DNA of 64,000 nucleotides from Fidelibacterota bacterium (GTDB taxonomy: Bacteria > Fidelibacterota > Marinisomatia > Marinisomatales > JABMOV01), in the NCBI GenBank assembly GCA_046861395.1, contig JBHHUC010000004.1, forward strand, positions 1,985 to 65,984, in the 5' to 3' direction. The translations under genes and the position numbers were made by a program. How positions within the stretch are numbered: position 1 is the first letter of the stretch; every line of letters starts with the position of its first letter. Shown here piece after piece: positions 40,231 to 50,744 of the stretch. The notes under the pieces were generated by a model. The model worked only from the letters and a program-made list of their open reading frames with translations, did not search any database and was not told the origin of the DNA.

Positions 40231-43200
40231 TCAATCTAATTCTATGTCAATACCCAGACCCTGAAGTTCTTTTATCAGAACATTAAAGGATTCAGGCGAT
40301 CCATAGGGAGGCATATCCTCTCCACGGACAATTGCATTATATACCTTGGACCGACCCTCAACGTCGTCAGATTTGACCGTAAGGATCTCTTGAAGTGTAT
40401 GGGCAGCACCATAGGCTTCCAGTGCCCAGACTTCCATTTCACCAAACCTCTGTCCGCCGAACTGGGCTTTTCCACCTAACGGCTGCTGGGTAATGAGTGA
40501 GTATGGTCCGGTGGATCGGGCATGCATTTTATCTTCCACCATGTGGCTGAGTTTCATCATGTAGATCACCCCGACTGTAACCGGATTATCTATCCGCTCA
40601 CCGGTCTGACCGTCAATGAGGTAAGCTTTCCCAGTGTGAGGAATACCGGCTTTCTTCATTTCGGCTTCCACTTCCGCCGGTGTGGCACCATTAAATACAG
40701 GTGTATCATACGACACTCCCAGAATATCACCGGCCCAGCCTAACATGGTTTCATAGAGCTGACCCAGGTTCATACGAGAAGGAACACCCAAAGGATTCAA
40801 TACAATATCCAGTGGAGTACCGTCCTCGGTAAATGGCATATCCTCCTCAGGAACAACCGCCGCTACAACACCCTTGTTTCCATGACGGCCGGCCATTTTA
40901 TCACCAATTTGGATTTTGCGCTTATTTGCCACATATACCTTGGCGAGCTTCAGGATGCCGGGTTGTAATTCATCACCAACACGTAATTTGAATATTTCAC
41001 GTTCCAGGTCGTCTTCAATTCGTTTCCATTCGATTCGGAAAATCCGCCAGACTGTTTGAACCTTTTTCCAAGCCTTATCATCTTCAACCCAGGGTGTATC
41101 CTGTGCGAAGCGTTCCAAATCATAGGATTTCAATCGTTTATCGGTAAGGCGTGTGCCCTTTTTAATCAGTGTTTTCCCGGAAGATTTATCTCGAATACCG
41201 TATGAAATTTCATCGCGCAGCAATTCCATTAATTTATTATCACGCGATACCTTCAGGGCTTTTTTCCGTTCCCGGGTATTTTTCTGCAATTCATCCAGCT
41301 TTGTCCTGTCATCCAACTTGGAACGAGTACCGCGTTTCTCAAAAAGTTTGGTATTGATTACAACACCTTTGATACCCGGCTCAGCGCGTTTGGAAGCATC
41401 TTTCACATCTCCTGCTTTCTCACCAAAGATTGCACGCAGAAGTTTTTCTTCCGGTGTTGGATCCGTTTCCCCTTTCGGGGTTACTTTTCCGATCAGAATA
41501 TCGCTTTCCTTTACTTTGGCACCGATGCGAACAATACCATTCTCATCCAAGTCTTTCGTCGCTTCTTCACTAACATTGGGAATTTCCGGAGTCAGTTCCT
41601 CCTCTCCCCGTTTCGTATCCCGCACTTCCAATTCGATTTCACTTATATGCAGAGAGGTGAATACGTCATCCTTAACTAGCCGTTCGCTGATGATAATGGC
41701 ATCTTCGAAGTTGTAACCGCGCCATGGCATAAAAGCCACCTTGACATTTCGGCCCAGTGCCAGCCGTCCTCCATCGGTGGAGGCTCCATCGGCAATAGCC
41801 TGCCCTTTTTTCACACGCTGTCCAACTTTGACAATTGGTTTTTGATTGTGACAAGTATTCTGGTTCGAACGCTGGTATTTCTTCAATTTCAACTCAACCA
41901 GGTTCTGGCCCTCCATAAGATTCAATTCTTCGGGAATGTCCTCGATCTTCATGATGATCCGTTCCGAATCCACATAGATGATTTCACCATTGCTCGGAGC
42001 CGTAAGTGTGGCACGGGAGTCAATGGCAACCTTAGATTCGATACCGGTACCTACAATCGGAGCCTCCGGTACCAATAAAGGAACCGATTGCCGTTGCATA
42101 TTGGACCCCATCAAGGCACGATTGGCATCATCGTGCTCCAAGAAAGGAATCAGAGCGGCCGCTACACTGAGAATCTGGTTCGGTGTGACATCCATGTATT
42201 GTACCTGTTCGGACGGCACGATGGGAAAATCTCCCCGTATCCTAACCCGTAGACGCTCCTCTTCAATAACACCACTTTTCTTTAACTGACGGTTAGCCTG
42301 GGCAATTAATACGCGGTCCTCGTCATCAGCTGATAAATATTCTACTTCGTTGGTAACCTTTGCTTTTCCACGGACTTCCACCACCTTGCGATACGGTGCT
42401 TCAATAAAACCATGCCAGTTGACTTTCGCCAACAAGGCAAGGGATGAAATCAAACCGATGTTGGGTCCTTCCGGTGTTTCAATGGGACAGAGACGGCCAT
42501 AATGTGTATAATGAACATCACGGACTTCAAATCCGGCCCGTTCCCGTGTCAGACCACCGGGACCTAACGCCGAGATCCGCCGTTTATGCGTGATTTCCGC
42601 TAAAGGATTGGTCTGGTCGCCAAACTGGGATAATTGGCTGGTGCCGAAGAAAGTGTTAATCACCGTCGTCACCACCCGTGAGTTAATGAGATCCTGCGGT
42701 GTAATCGATTCCGATTCACGAAGATTCATACGCTCATGAATGGTCCTAATCATACGGCTCAAAGCAGTAGCAAATTGATCTTTCAACTGCTCACCGATAG
42801 TGCGAACGCGACGATTCCCCAGATGGTCAATATCATCGGTTCCCCGGGCACCACGGCGCAAATCAATCAAAGTATTCAACACCTGGATGATATCATCCAT
42901 GGTCAACACTGTACTTTCTACCGGAACATCCAGATCGAATTGCTGATTCAGACGATAACGTCCGACCTGACCCAGATCATATTTTTTCGGGCTGAAGAAG
43001 ATACGTTCGATGAATTTCTGTGCCGTTTCCAGGTTCGGTGGTTCACCGGAGCGTAATAACTGATACACAACCTCCAGCGCTTCTTCCGTGTTGCGGGTAG
43101 GATCTTTCTCCATCGTATTCAATAACAGCATGGAAGAAAATTCATTTTCACCGTCGACAACTTCCACTGATTTTATCTTTGCTGCCAGCAGCATATCGAC

Positions 43201-44004
43201 ATTTTCTTGGTCAATAACCGTCCCGCTTTCCACAAAAATTTCACCGGTCAATTCATCTACGATATCACGGACTACCGTTTTGCCCAGCGCATCTTTGCCA
43301 TCCTTTTTCAGCTTCACAACCTGGATGGATTTGAAAGCCCGGAAGATATCTTCGTTAGTTGAAAATCCCAGGGCCCGCAACAACATTGTCACGGGGAATT
43401 TCCGGCGACGGTCAATTATTACAAACAGGCAATCGTTGATATCAGTCGTAAAATCGACCCATGAACCTCGAATCGGTATGATGCGGGCCTGATACAGCTT
43501 GGTACCGTTGGGATGCGTTGTTTCGTCAAAGAATACACCGGGCGACCGCTGCAACTGACTGACTACAACACGTTCCGCACCATTAATGATGAAGGTACCT
43601 TTTTCCGTCATGTAGGGAATGTTACCGAAATAGACATCTTGTTCGATGGATTGATCGAATTCATTACGGTTTTCTTCGTTGGTGATATGCAACACCAACT
43701 TCACCTTCAGCGGTGCAAAATAGGTTACACCACGATCAATACATTCTTCCGGTGAATATTTCGGCGTTCCAAGGAAATAACTCTTGTATTCCAAGACATA
43801 ATTCCGGTGGGAATCTTCAATTGGAAATACACTTTGGAACACCTCTTCCAATCCGATGGGAACACGCTTTTCTTCAATAGCGTGTTCCTGGAGGAAAAGT
43901 TTATACGATTCCGTCTGAATAGACAGAAGATCAGGTATCTGGACGAAAGAGTCAATTTTCTGAAATGATACTCTTTCAGCCAATCCTCGCTTAGTGGCTC
44001 CCAA
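40231..44004 (-). CDS. rpoB: DNA-directed RNA polymerase subunit beta (TTG start)
   Basis: 1257 aa with [41 protein letters not shown] at 44002-44004, 6 nt after AAAGGAGG. Confidence 0.98.
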   Translation of the reverse strand: MGATKRGLAERVSFQKIDSFVQIPDLLSIQTESYKLFLQEHAIEEKRVPIGLEEVFQSVFPIEDSHRNYVLEYKSYFLGTPKYSPEECIDRGVTYFAPLKVKLVLHITNEENRNEFDQSIEQDVYFGNIPYMTEKGTFIINGAERVVVSQLQRSPGVFFDETTHPNGTKLYQARIIPIRGSWVDFTTDINDCLFVIIDRRRKFPVTMLLRALGFSTNEDIFRAFKSIQVVKLKKDGKDALGKTVVRDIVDELTGEIFVESGTVIDQENVDMLLAAKIKSVEVVDGENEFSSMLLLNTMEKDPTRNTEEALEVVYQLLRSGEPPNLETAQKFIERIFFSPKKYDLGQVGRYRLNQQFDLDVPVESTVLTMDDIIQVLNTLIDLRRGARGTDDIDHLGNRRVRTIGEQLKDQFATALSRMIRTIHERMNLRESESITPQDLINSRVVTTVINTFFGTSQLSQFGDQTNPLAEITHKRRISALGPGGLTRERAGFEVRDVHYTHYGRLCPIETPEGPNIGLISSLALLAKVNWHGFIEAPYRKVVEVRGKAKVTNEVEYLSADDEDRVLIAQANRQLKKSGVIEEERLRVRIRGDFPIVPSEQVQYMDVTPNQILSVAAALIPFLEHDDANRALMGSNMQRQSVPLLVPEAPIVGTGIESKVAIDSRATLTAPSNGEIIYVDSERIIMKIEDIPEELNLMEGQNLVELKLKKYQRSNQNTCHNQKPIVKVGQRVKKGQAIADGASTDGGRLALGRNVKVAFMPWRGYNFEDAIIISERLVKDDVFTSLHISEIELEVRDTKRGEEELTPEIPNVSEEATKDLDENGIVRIGAKVKESDILIGKVTPKGETDPTPEEKLLRAIFGEKAGDVKDASKRAEPGIKGVVINTKLFEKRGTRSKLDDRTKLDELQKNTRERKKALKVSRDNKLMELLRDEISYGIRDKSSGKTLIKKGTRLTDKRLKSYDLERFAQDTPWVEDDKAWKKVQTVWRIFRIEWKRIEDDLEREIFKLRVGDELQPGILKLAKVYVANKRKIQIGDKMAGRHGNKGVVAAVVPEEDMPFTEDGTPLDIVLNPLGVPSRMNLGQLYETMLGWAGDILGVSYDTPVFNGATPAEVEAEMKKAGIPHTGKAYLIDGQTGERIDNPVTVGVIYMMKLSHMVEDKMHARSTGPYSLITQQPLGGKAQFGGQRFGEMEVWALEAYGAAHTLQEILTVKSDDVEGRSKVYNAIVRGEDMPPYGSPESFNVLIKELQGLGIDIELD

Positions 44005-44063
44005 GAAAGCCTCCTTTGTTACGGGTTATACTTAAATAAGGGTAGATAAGGATCGGTAACCCT

Positions 44064-44441
44064 TTATTTGAGTTCGACAGTGGCCCCTGCTTCTTCTAAC
44101 TGCGCTTTGACTTCTTCAGCTTCGGCTGCGGAAATCCCTTCTTTCACAGCTTTAGGTGCACTATCGACCAGTTCTTTCGCGTCTTTAAGACCCAAACTGG
44201 TAATTGCCCGAACAACTTTGATCACATTGATCTTGGCCTGGCCGGCGGATGTCAAGACGACATCGAATTCGGTTTTTTCTTCTTCAGCGGCTTCTCCTCC
44301 GCCGGCAGGTGCTGCAGCAACTGCAACGGGGGCGGCGGCGGTAACACCGAATTTATCCTCGATCTCTTTGATGAGTTCAGAGATCTCAACCATATTGGCT
44401 TCTTCGAGATAATTAAGAACATCTGCTCTGGAAACAGCCAT
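44064..44441 (-). CDS. rplL: 50S ribosomal protein L7/L12
   Basis: 125 aa with an Ala-rich hinge ([22 protein letters not shown]) and a C-terminal [11 protein letters not shown] motif. Confidence 0.97.
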   Translation of the reverse strand: MAVSRADVLNYLEEANMVEISELIKEIEDKFGVTAAAPVAVAAAPAGGGEAAEEEKTEFDVVLTSAGQAKINVIKVVRAITSLGLKDAKELVDSAPKAVKEGISAAEAEEVKAQLEEAGATVELK

Positions 44442-44472
44442 TACCTCACTCCTTAGCTTTTATTCGTTTATG

Positions 44473-44988
44473 TTATGATTTTTTGTCTTTTAAACTCGTC
44501 AACACACCAACGAATTCCGTCAGTGATGCGCTGAACGTGCGAACCAATTTCGTCATTGGACTCTGTAAGGTCGCAACCAAAGTAGACAACAATTCTTCCC
44601 GCGATGGTAAATCAGCGAGTCGTTTAAATTCTTCACCCCCCAGCAATTCGCCCTCAAAAAGGATTCCCTTTACAGATGGCATATCATTGGTTTTAGTGAA
44701 ATTCTTCAGTACACGGGCCGGGGCCGTCGGTTCGCCGTAGGAAATCGCAATGGCCGTCGGGCCCTGCAACACTTCATCTAATCCGGTTATTTCATGTTCT
44801 CCTGCGGCAATCTTAATTAACGTGTTTTTTGCGACCGTATATTCCACATCGGCTTCATAAAACTTCCGTCGCAAGTCGGTAATACTGGCAACATCCAATC
44901 CAAGATAATCGGTAAAATAAACGGCCTTCGCCTTCTCAAATTTTGATGACAATTTCTCTACAGCTGAAATATTTTTTGAATTTGGCAT
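44473..44988 (-). CDS. rplJ: 50S ribosomal protein L10
   Basis: 171 aa with YFTDYLGLDVASITDLRRKF. Lies between rplA and rplL. Confidence 0.95.
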   Translation of the reverse strand: MPNSKNISAVEKLSSKFEKAKAVYFTDYLGLDVASITDLRRKFYEADVEYTVAKNTLIKIAAGEHEITGLDEVLQGPTAIAISYGEPTAPARVLKNFTKTNDMPSVKGILFEGELLGGEEFKRLADLPSREELLSTLVATLQSPMTKLVRTFSASLTEFVGVLTSLKDKKS

Positions 44989-44991
44989 TTC

Positions 44992-45681
44992 CTACCTCAG
45001 ACTTGCAATATCAATGGTTATACCGGGACCCATGGTGGACGACAAGGTGACCTTTTTGATATATTGTCCTTTTACAGCTGCCGGACGGGCTTTCAATAAG
45101 GTACTGTAAATCGTTTTAATATTTTCGACCAAATGATCCTTTTCAAATGAAAGCTTGCCACAGGCAGCATGAACAATTCCCGTTTTTTCGACACGCAATT
45201 CAATCTTTCCGGCTTTTATTTCCTTCACGGCTGTCGCGACATCCATCGTAACCGTTCCGCTTTTCGGGTTCGGCATCAATCCCCGCGGACCCAAAATACG
45301 GCCCAGCTTACCCAGTTCCGGCATCATATCAGGGGTGGCGACAATCTTGTCCACATCAGCCCAACCGGCTTTAATTTTTTCAAAATATTCCTTATTGCCC
45401 ACAAAATCAGCGCCGGCATCCTTTGCTTCCTGCTCCTTGGGTCCACTGGTAATAACCAGTACACGTACATTTTTACCGGTACCATACGGTAATCCGGTGG
45501 TAACACGGATGTTCTGGTCGGCGTGACGGGGGTCGACCCCCAAGTTCACAGCAATATCGACCGTTTCATCAAATTTTGTTTGTTTTAATTCCTTGAGAGT
45601 ATCAACGGCCTGTTCAACCACATAGGTTTGATATTTATCGAACTTTTCATTGATAACTTTTTTTGCTTTCGTAAGTTTCAT
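44992..45681 (-). CDS. rplA: 50S ribosomal protein L1
   Basis: 229 aa with FDETVDIAVNLGVDPRHADQNIRV and LGPRGLMPNPKSGTV. Confidence 0.97.
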   Translation of the reverse strand: MKLTKAKKVINEKFDKYQTYVVEQAVDTLKELKQTKFDETVDIAVNLGVDPRHADQNIRVTTGLPYGTGKNVRVLVITSGPKEQEAKDAGADFVGNKEYFEKIKAGWADVDKIVATPDMMPELGKLGRILGPRGLMPNPKSGTVTMDVATAVKEIKAGKIELRVEKTGIVHAACGKLSFEKDHLVENIKTIYSTLLKARPAAVKGQYIKKVTLSSTMGPGITIDIASLR

Positions 45682-45687
45682 CGCGAT

Positions 45688-46113
45688 CTACTCAATCACT
45701 TCAATGCCCATTGAACGGGCTGTTCCCCGGATCATATTCATTGCCTGGTCAATCGTATTGGCATTCAGATCCTTCATTTTGATTTCGGCAATGTTACGTA
45801 AATCATCTACGGTAACCTTGCCCACCTTGTCCCGATTCGGTTCGGCGGACCCTTTTCCCAGATTCGCAGCTTTCAACAACAATGTGGAAGCCGGCGGCGT
45901 TTTGGTAATAAAGGTATAACTCCGATCAGCATATACAGTAATCTCAACCGGTATAATCATCCCGGGCTGGTCCTGCGTAGCAGCATTAAACGCTTTACAA
46001 AAATCCATGATATTCACACTGTGCTGACCTAGAGCAGGCCCTACCGGCGGGGCGGGATTCGCTTTCCCAGCCGGAATCTGCAATTTAATAAACCCAACTA
46101 CTTTTTTTGCCAT
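45688..46113 (-). CDS. rplK: 50S ribosomal protein L11
   Basis: [35 protein letters not shown]. Confidence 0.98.
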   Translation of the reverse strand: MAKKVVGFIKLQIPAGKANPAPPVGPALGQHSVNIMDFCKAFNAATQDQPGMIIPVEITVYADRSYTFITKTPPASTLLLKAANLGKGSAEPNRDKVGKVTVDDLRNIAEIKMKDLNANTIDQAMNMIRGTARSMGIEVIE

Positions 46114-46122
46114 TGTTAATCT

Positions 46123-46668
46123 TTACTTTTCCAATTCAACCTGTAAGAAATCCAATTCAATCGGTGTCGGCCGACCAAAAATGCTGACCGAAACCTTTAA
46201 TTTTTGTTTTTCATTGTTAATTTCCTGGACATATCCCAGAAAATCCATAAACGGTCCGTCCACCACCTTAACTGCGTCACCCACCTTAAAGGGATGAGTA
46301 ACCACTTCCTGTCCTTCTCCGGCCTCAACAACACCCAGAATCCGATTGACTTCTTCCGGTTTCAGAGGTTGTGGGTTTCCTTTCGGTCCGACAAAACTCA
46401 TAATGCCGTTTATGTTTTCCACCAGATAGCGCGTTTCATTGTTCAATTCCATCTTAACCAGCATATATCCCGGGAAAAATACTTTGTTTTTTACCTTCTT
46501 TTTCCCATCCCGCATTTCAACAATATTCTCTGACGGAACCAGGACCTCCGGGATTAATTCCTCCATGCCAGCATGTTCAATTTCCAGCTTGAAAGCATCA
46601 CGGATTTTTTTCTCCTTACCGGAGATTACTCGCAGGGTATACCACTCCATATCAGAGTACGTAAGCAA
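46123..46668 (-). CDS. nusG: transcription termination/antitermination factor NusG
   Basis: 181 aa with WYTLRVISGKEKK (NGN domain) and FKVGDAVKVVDGPF (KOW domain). Follows secE. Confidence 0.96.
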   Translation of the reverse strand: MLTYSDMEWYTLRVISGKEKKIRDAFKLEIEHAGMEELIPEVLVPSENIVEMRDGKKKVKNKVFFPGYMLVKMELNNETRYLVENINGIMSFVGPKGNPQPLKPEEVNRILGVVEAGEGQEVVTHPFKVGDAVKVVDGPFMDFLGYVQEINNEKQKLKVSVSIFGRPTPIELDFLQVELEK

Positions 46669-46834
46669 TAACGCGGTTTAAGATAAAGTCAACAATAAAC
46701 AGAAATACGGCCAGCATGAGAGATAAGGACAGAACGATGTAGGTCGATCCTTTCAGCTCCTCCCAACTGGGCCAGGAAACTTTATTCATTTCCACACGAA
46801 CGCTTTCCAAAAAGCTTTTAATTTTTTCAAACAT
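46652..46834 (-). CDS. secE: preprotein translocase subunit SecE
   Basis: 60 aa with E..KVSWPSWEEL followed by one TM helix. Upstream of nusG with a 17-nt overlap. Confidence 0.9.
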   Translation of the reverse strand: MFEKIKSFLESVRVEMNKVSWPSWEELKGSTYIVLSLSLMLAVFLFIVDFILNRVIAYVL

Positions 46835-46882
46835 TATACCGAATTCCTGTTTCGCTATCTCGGTTGACTAATTTTTTCGTTG

Positions 46883-46955
46883 CAGGAGCGGCAGGAATCG
46901 AACCCGCAACCCCCGGTTTTGGAGACCGGTGCTCTGCCAGTTGAGCTACGCTCCT
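46883..46955 (-). tRNA. tRNA-Trp (anticodon CCA)
   Basis: Minus-strand read AGGAGCGTAGCTCAACTGGCAGAGCACCGGTCTCCAAAACCGG...GGTTCGATTCC...CGCTCCTG. Acceptor stem 7 bp; anticodon loop CT-CCA-AA; no encoded CCA. Confidence 0.93.
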
Positions 46956-46990
46956 ATCAAATAACAACGGATCAATCCGTAGGACAATAT

Positions 46991-47155
46991 TTATTTCGTC
47001 TCCTTGAACATCACATGCTTCCGAATGACCGGATCATACTTTTTGTATTCAACACGCTCAGGATGACGACGACGACTTTTTGTAATCGTATACCGATATC
47101 CAGTACCAGCCGTACTTTCAATGTGGATAATATTCCGTTTACTGTTTCCAGCCAC
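46991..47155 (-). CDS. rpmG: 50S ribosomal protein L33 (GTG start, Cys-free type)
   Basis: Below the ORF-track cutoff. Manual translation gives (M)[53 protein letters not shown]. The GTG at 47153-47155 is inside the tuf repeat unit. Confidence 0.9.
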   Translation of the reverse strand: MAGNSKRNIIHIESTAGTGYRYTITKSRRRHPERVEYKKYDPVIRKHVMFKETK

Positions 47156-48365
47156 GTTTCAGTCCTTACTTAATTATCTCCGTTACAACACCGGCTCCCA
47201 CCGTATGCCCTCCTTCACGAATCGCAAAGCGCAATTCCTTATCCATCGCAATCGGGGTTATCAACTCTACCGTTAATTCCACCTGATCACCTGGCATCAC
47301 CATCTCCGTTCCCTCCGGCAAATGGGCCACTCCCGTGACATCCGTCGTACGGAAGTAAAACTGCGGCCGATATCCATCAAAAAACGGTGTGTGACGTCCG
47401 CCCTCTTCCTTCTTCAACACATACACATTGGCCTTGAAATTCGTATGCGGTGTAATACTCCCCGGTTTGGCCAATACCATCCCGCGGGATAATTCGTCCT
47501 TGTCCACACCACGCAGCAATAATCCGGCATTATCTCCGGCACGACCTTCATCCAATATCTTACGGAACATCTCAACACCGGTACATACCGTCTTGCGATG
47601 AACCCCCATACCAAGAATCTCTAACTCATCACCAACCTTCACGATTCCGCGCTCAATACGTCCCGTACCCACCGTACCACGACCGGTAATGCTGAATACA
47701 TCTTCCACCGGCATTAAAAACGGCTTATCAATATCACGCTTCGGTTCCGGAATAAAGCTGTCACAGGCATCCAGTAATTCCACGATCGATTTCGTCGCCT
47801 CTGCATCACTAGGATTATTCAGTGCCGTTAATGCACTCCCCATGATAATCGGGGTATCATCCCCCGGAAATTCATATTCATTCAATAAATCACGTAATTC
47901 CATCTCCACCAGCTCCAACAGCTCCGGATCATCCACCTGGTCTGTCTTATTCATATAAACCACAATGCTGGGAACATTCACCTGGCGAGCCAACAATACA
48001 TGCTCACGGGTCTGCGGCATGGGACCATCGGCGGCACTTACTACCAGAATCGCGCCATCCATCTGAGCGGCTCCCGTGATCATGTTCTTGATATAATCCG
48101 CATGGCCCGGACAATCCACATGGGCATAATGACGATTCTCCGTCTCATACTCCACATGAGCCGTCTGGATCGTAATACCACGCTCACGCTCTTCCGGAGC
48201 GTTATCAATCGAATCAAATGACCGTACCTCTGACATCCCGCGGGCACCCTGTACCAGAGTGATTGCCGCCGTTAATGTCGTCTTACCATGATCTACATGA
48301 CCTATCGTTCCGATGTTTATATGAGGCTTCGTCCTCTCAAATTTTGCCTTTGACATGGGTCCTCC
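47153..48365 (-). repeat. 1213-bp direct repeat, copy B (tuf plus both flanking spacers)
   Basis: Identical by eye to 31716-32928. It runs from the GTG start of rpmG to 22 nt before tRNA-Thr(GGT). Confidence 0.9.
47166..48356 (-). CDS. tuf: elongation factor Tu (copy downstream of the tRNA cluster)
   Basis: 396 aa, identical to the copy at 31729-32919. It sits in the thrU-tyrU-glyT-thrT-tufB-type context. Confidence 0.98.
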   Translation of the reverse strand: MSKAKFERTKPHINIGTIGHVDHGKTTLTAAITLVQGARGMSEVRSFDSIDNAPEERERGITIQTAHVEYETENRHYAHVDCPGHADYIKNMITGAAQMDGAILVVSAADGPMPQTREHVLLARQVNVPSIVVYMNKTDQVDDPELLELVEMELRDLLNEYEFPGDDTPIIMGSALTALNNPSDAEATKSIVELLDACDSFIPEPKRDIDKPFLMPVEDVFSITGRGTVGTGRIERGIVKVGDELEILGMGVHRKTVCTGVEMFRKILDEGRAGDNAGLLLRGVDKDELSRGMVLAKPGSITPHTNFKANVYVLKKEEGGRHTPFFDGYRPQFYFRTTDVTGVAHLPEGTEMVMPGDQVELTVELITPIAMDKELRFAIREGGHTVGAGVVTEIIK

Positions 48366-48387
48366 GTACCATTTTAGTTATTTCCTG

Positions 48388-48460
<73 letters not shown>

Positions 48461-48499
48461 AAGCTCAGCGTTGCGACTTAAATGTTGTGCGTAATGTTG

Positions 48500-48572
48500 A
48501 GCGGGCAACGAGATTCGAACTCGCGACCCTCAGCTTGGAAGGCTGATGCTCTACCAACTGAGCTACACCCGC
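48500..48572 (-). tRNA. tRNA-Gly (anticodon TCC)
   Basis: GCGGGTGTAGCTCAGTTGGTAGAGCATCAGCCTTCCAAGCTGAGGGTCGCGAGTTCGAATCTCGTTGCCCGCT. Anticodon loop CT-TCC-AA. Confidence 0.93.
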
Positions 48573-48576
48573 AATG

Positions 48577-48659
48577 TGGGGAGAGAAGGATTCGAACCTC
48601 CGTAGGCGTTCGCCGGCAGATTTACAGTCTGCTGCCATTGACCGCTCGGCCATCTCCCC
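48577..48659 (-). tRNA. tRNA-Tyr (anticodon GTA), long variable arm
   Basis: GGGGAGATGGCCGAGCGGTCAATGGCAGCAGACTGTAAATCTGCCGGCGAACGCCTACGGAGGTTCGAATCCTTCTCTCCCCA. 83 nt, class II. Confidence 0.93.
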
Positions 48660-48687
48660 AAAGGTTTAACCACTATTCGATCTGATG

Positions 48688-48760
48688 AGCCACCGGAGGG
48701 ACTCGAACCCCCGACCAACTGATTACAAATCAGTCGCTCTACCAACTGAGCTACGGTGGC
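48688..48760 (-). tRNA. tRNA-Thr (anticodon TGT)
   Basis: GCCACCGTAGCTCAGTTGGTAGAGCGACTGATTTGTAATCAGTTGGTCGGGGGTTCGAGTCCCTCCGGTGGCT. Anticodon loop TT-TGT-AA. Confidence 0.93.
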
Positions 48761-48923
48761 AATTCACTCGCCTGCAGCCATTCAGGGATGGTTCAGATCA
48801 ACCAGTTGGTCTTTTCTACCTTATCAAATAACGAAAGAACGCACTAATTTTTAAGCGCAGCAGAGCCTCGTAAATTAGAACTGTAATTAAAATATATTCA
48901 AATATTATTTACCTGAGATGAAA

Positions 48924-49361
48924 TTATTTTTCGGGATAGACAATTCCTGGCAATCCAATCAGGAATTCCGAATCCTCATCCGTTGAGTCGGGGAACAGAT
49001 CATTGATATATACCGAACCCACATATTCCCCCCGTGCCGTCCGCTTCTGCAGTTTCCAACTCATCAGCAATGGATCATAGTCCAACTGATACCAGTTTTT
49101 TACATGATAGCCATCATCCAAAACAATAATCCGACTCAACCGTTCATCGGCATATACGTATTCATGCTGTTTTACAAATTTTCCCCCTTCGTCAAAAAAC
49201 TGAATCTTCGCTAAGGAATGGTCCTGATAATATTCCACCCGATAAGGAAATACTATTGAATCGGGACTGACAGCCGCAGACCAAATCCCCCAACCATTAT
49301 AGAACCGGATGGAAGATGTGGTTTGTGATAAGGCGATGGTAGCTGCGACCACCATCCCCAT
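48924..49361 (-). CDS. hypothetical secreted protein
   Basis: The tracked ORF starts at 49412 inside cysS. ATG 49361 (MGMVVAATIALSQ, signal-like) shares one base with the cysS stop (TAATG). No family recognised. Confidence 0.5.
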   Translation of the reverse strand: MGMVVAATIALSQTTSSIRFYNGWGIWSAAVSPDSIVFPYRVEYYQDHSLAKIQFFDEGGKFVKQHEYVYADERLSRIIVLDDGYHVKNWYQLDYDPLLMSWKLQKRTARGEYVGSVYINDLFPDSTDEDSEFLIGLPGIVYPEK

Positions 49362-50743
49362 TATTCGATTTTTGAGCACTTTGTCCCACCCGGCGTATCC
49401 TTTACCAGCCACCCCATGGCTTTCAACCGATCACGGATTTCGTCGGATAAGGACCAGTTTTTATCCCGCCGGGCAGCTTCCCTTTCGGCTACCATCTGCC
49501 TAACTTCATCCGGTATTTCCTCTGGTTTGGGCGAAAAATCAAATACGGCATTGAAGCGCTCCAGAAAATGGTCTGCCTCGGCAATATCATCCGGTGTAAA
49601 CGATTGCCGATCCAAACGCGAATTCATTTCCTTGATCCAGGCATAAAACACCCCCAGGGCTCCCGGAGCATCAAAATCATCTACCAGAGCCCCTAGAAAC
49701 CGATCAAAGGCAGCCGGAAGTTTTTCCGTCCGCCGGTGTGGGATATCCTGAATCCGGTCCTGAAAATCCCGGATGCGCTGGATGGCTTGTAGGGCTTCAT
49801 GTTTCTTCGACAACGAAAAATTGACTTTGGAATGATAGTGTGTGGATAATAATAGATACCGGAGCATTTCAGAGGAGAAACCCTGATCAATCAAATCCTG
49901 AATGGTGTAAAAATTCCCCAGTGATTTACTCATCTTGCCACCATCCACCAGAAGGTGTTCGTTATGAATCCACACATTAACAAACGGCTCACCGGTAGCA
50001 CAAACCGACTGGGCAATTTCATTTTCATGATGGGGAAACATATTATCAACGCCACCGCAATGAATATCGAAATGATTTCCCAGGTATTTGGTAGACATGG
50101 CCGAACATTCTATGTGCCAGCCGGGGCGTCCCTTTCCCCAGGGTGAGTCCCAATACACATCACCATCCTCCGGTTTCCAGCTTTTCCAGAGAGCAAAATC
50201 CTGAGGATTATCCTTTGAATATTCATCTTCCTGTATTCGTTCTGTGGTTTGCTGCTGCATCATGTCAACACGGGTCAGCTGACCGTAATCCTGAAATGAA
50301 TTCAATGCAAAGTAAATGGAGCCATCTGAGGTCTGATAGGCATGATTCTCGGACAGCAGGTCTTCGATCATCGCAATCATTTCGGCGATATGCTTCGTCG
50401 CCCGGGGATATACGTCTGCCGGGATCACTTTGAGCAAGGCTAAATCATCAAAGAATCGTTTGGTATAAATGTCGGTCAATTCCGAAAGTGATACCCCCCG
50501 GTCCTGAGATCGTAAAATTGTTCGGTCATCCACATCGGTGATATTCATTACATGATAGACGGAAAATCCCGCCAGCTGAAATACGCGTTTGACAAAATCC
50601 TCAAAAACAAAAGCCCGGAAATTTCCGATATGTGCCACATCATAGACCGTGGGACCACAGGTATATATCTTTACCTGATTCGGTTTCAGCGGTATAAACG
50701 TTTCCTTTTTTCGCGACAAGGAATTAAATATTTTTATATCCAT
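49361..50743 (-). CDS. cysS: cysteine--tRNA ligase
   Basis: 460 aa with class I motifs HIGN (VAHIGNFRAF) and KMSKS (GGKMSKSLGN), plus the zinc-site CGPTVYD. Confidence 0.97.
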   Translation of the reverse strand: MDIKIFNSLSRKKETFIPLKPNQVKIYTCGPTVYDVAHIGNFRAFVFEDFVKRVFQLAGFSVYHVMNITDVDDRTILRSQDRGVSLSELTDIYTKRFFDDLALLKVIPADVYPRATKHIAEMIAMIEDLLSENHAYQTSDGSIYFALNSFQDYGQLTRVDMMQQQTTERIQEDEYSKDNPQDFALWKSWKPEDGDVYWDSPWGKGRPGWHIECSAMSTKYLGNHFDIHCGGVDNMFPHHENEIAQSVCATGEPFVNVWIHNEHLLVDGGKMSKSLGNFYTIQDLIDQGFSSEMLRYLLLSTHYHSKVNFSLSKKHEALQAIQRIRDFQDRIQDIPHRRTEKLPAAFDRFLGALVDDFDAPGALGVFYAWIKEMNSRLDRQSFTPDDIAEADHFLERFNAVFDFSPKPEEIPDEVRQMVAEREAARRDKNWSLSDEIRDRLKAMGWLVKDTPGGTKCSKIE

Positions 50744-50744
50744 T

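Noticed and set aside
41153-41716. Long plus-strand ORFs inside rpoB, rpoC and ribosomal protein genes (for example 41153-41716 187 aa, 36691-37149 152 aa, 23527-24006 159 aa, 26124-26654 176 aa, 44068-44412 114 aa).
   Set aside because: All are antisense to strongly conserved genes. Their Ser/Phe/Ile/Pro-rich low-complexity translations are typical of shadow frames, and they have no start context.
44038-44064. AAGGGT...ACCCTT hairpin overlapping the rplL stop, at the position of the E. coli rplL-rpoB attenuator.
   Set aside because: Only 6 bp with a 15-nt loop and a poor U-tract. Too weak to call from sequence alone.
31716-48365. Whether the tuf repeats mark a mobile element, or whether there is a CRISPR array, prophage or genomic island anywhere in the window.
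   Set aside because: There are no transposase, integrase or recombinase genes, no terminal inverted repeats, no spacer-repeat arrays and no phage genes. The repeat contains only tuf and its spacers, and is better explained by duplication or gene conversion.
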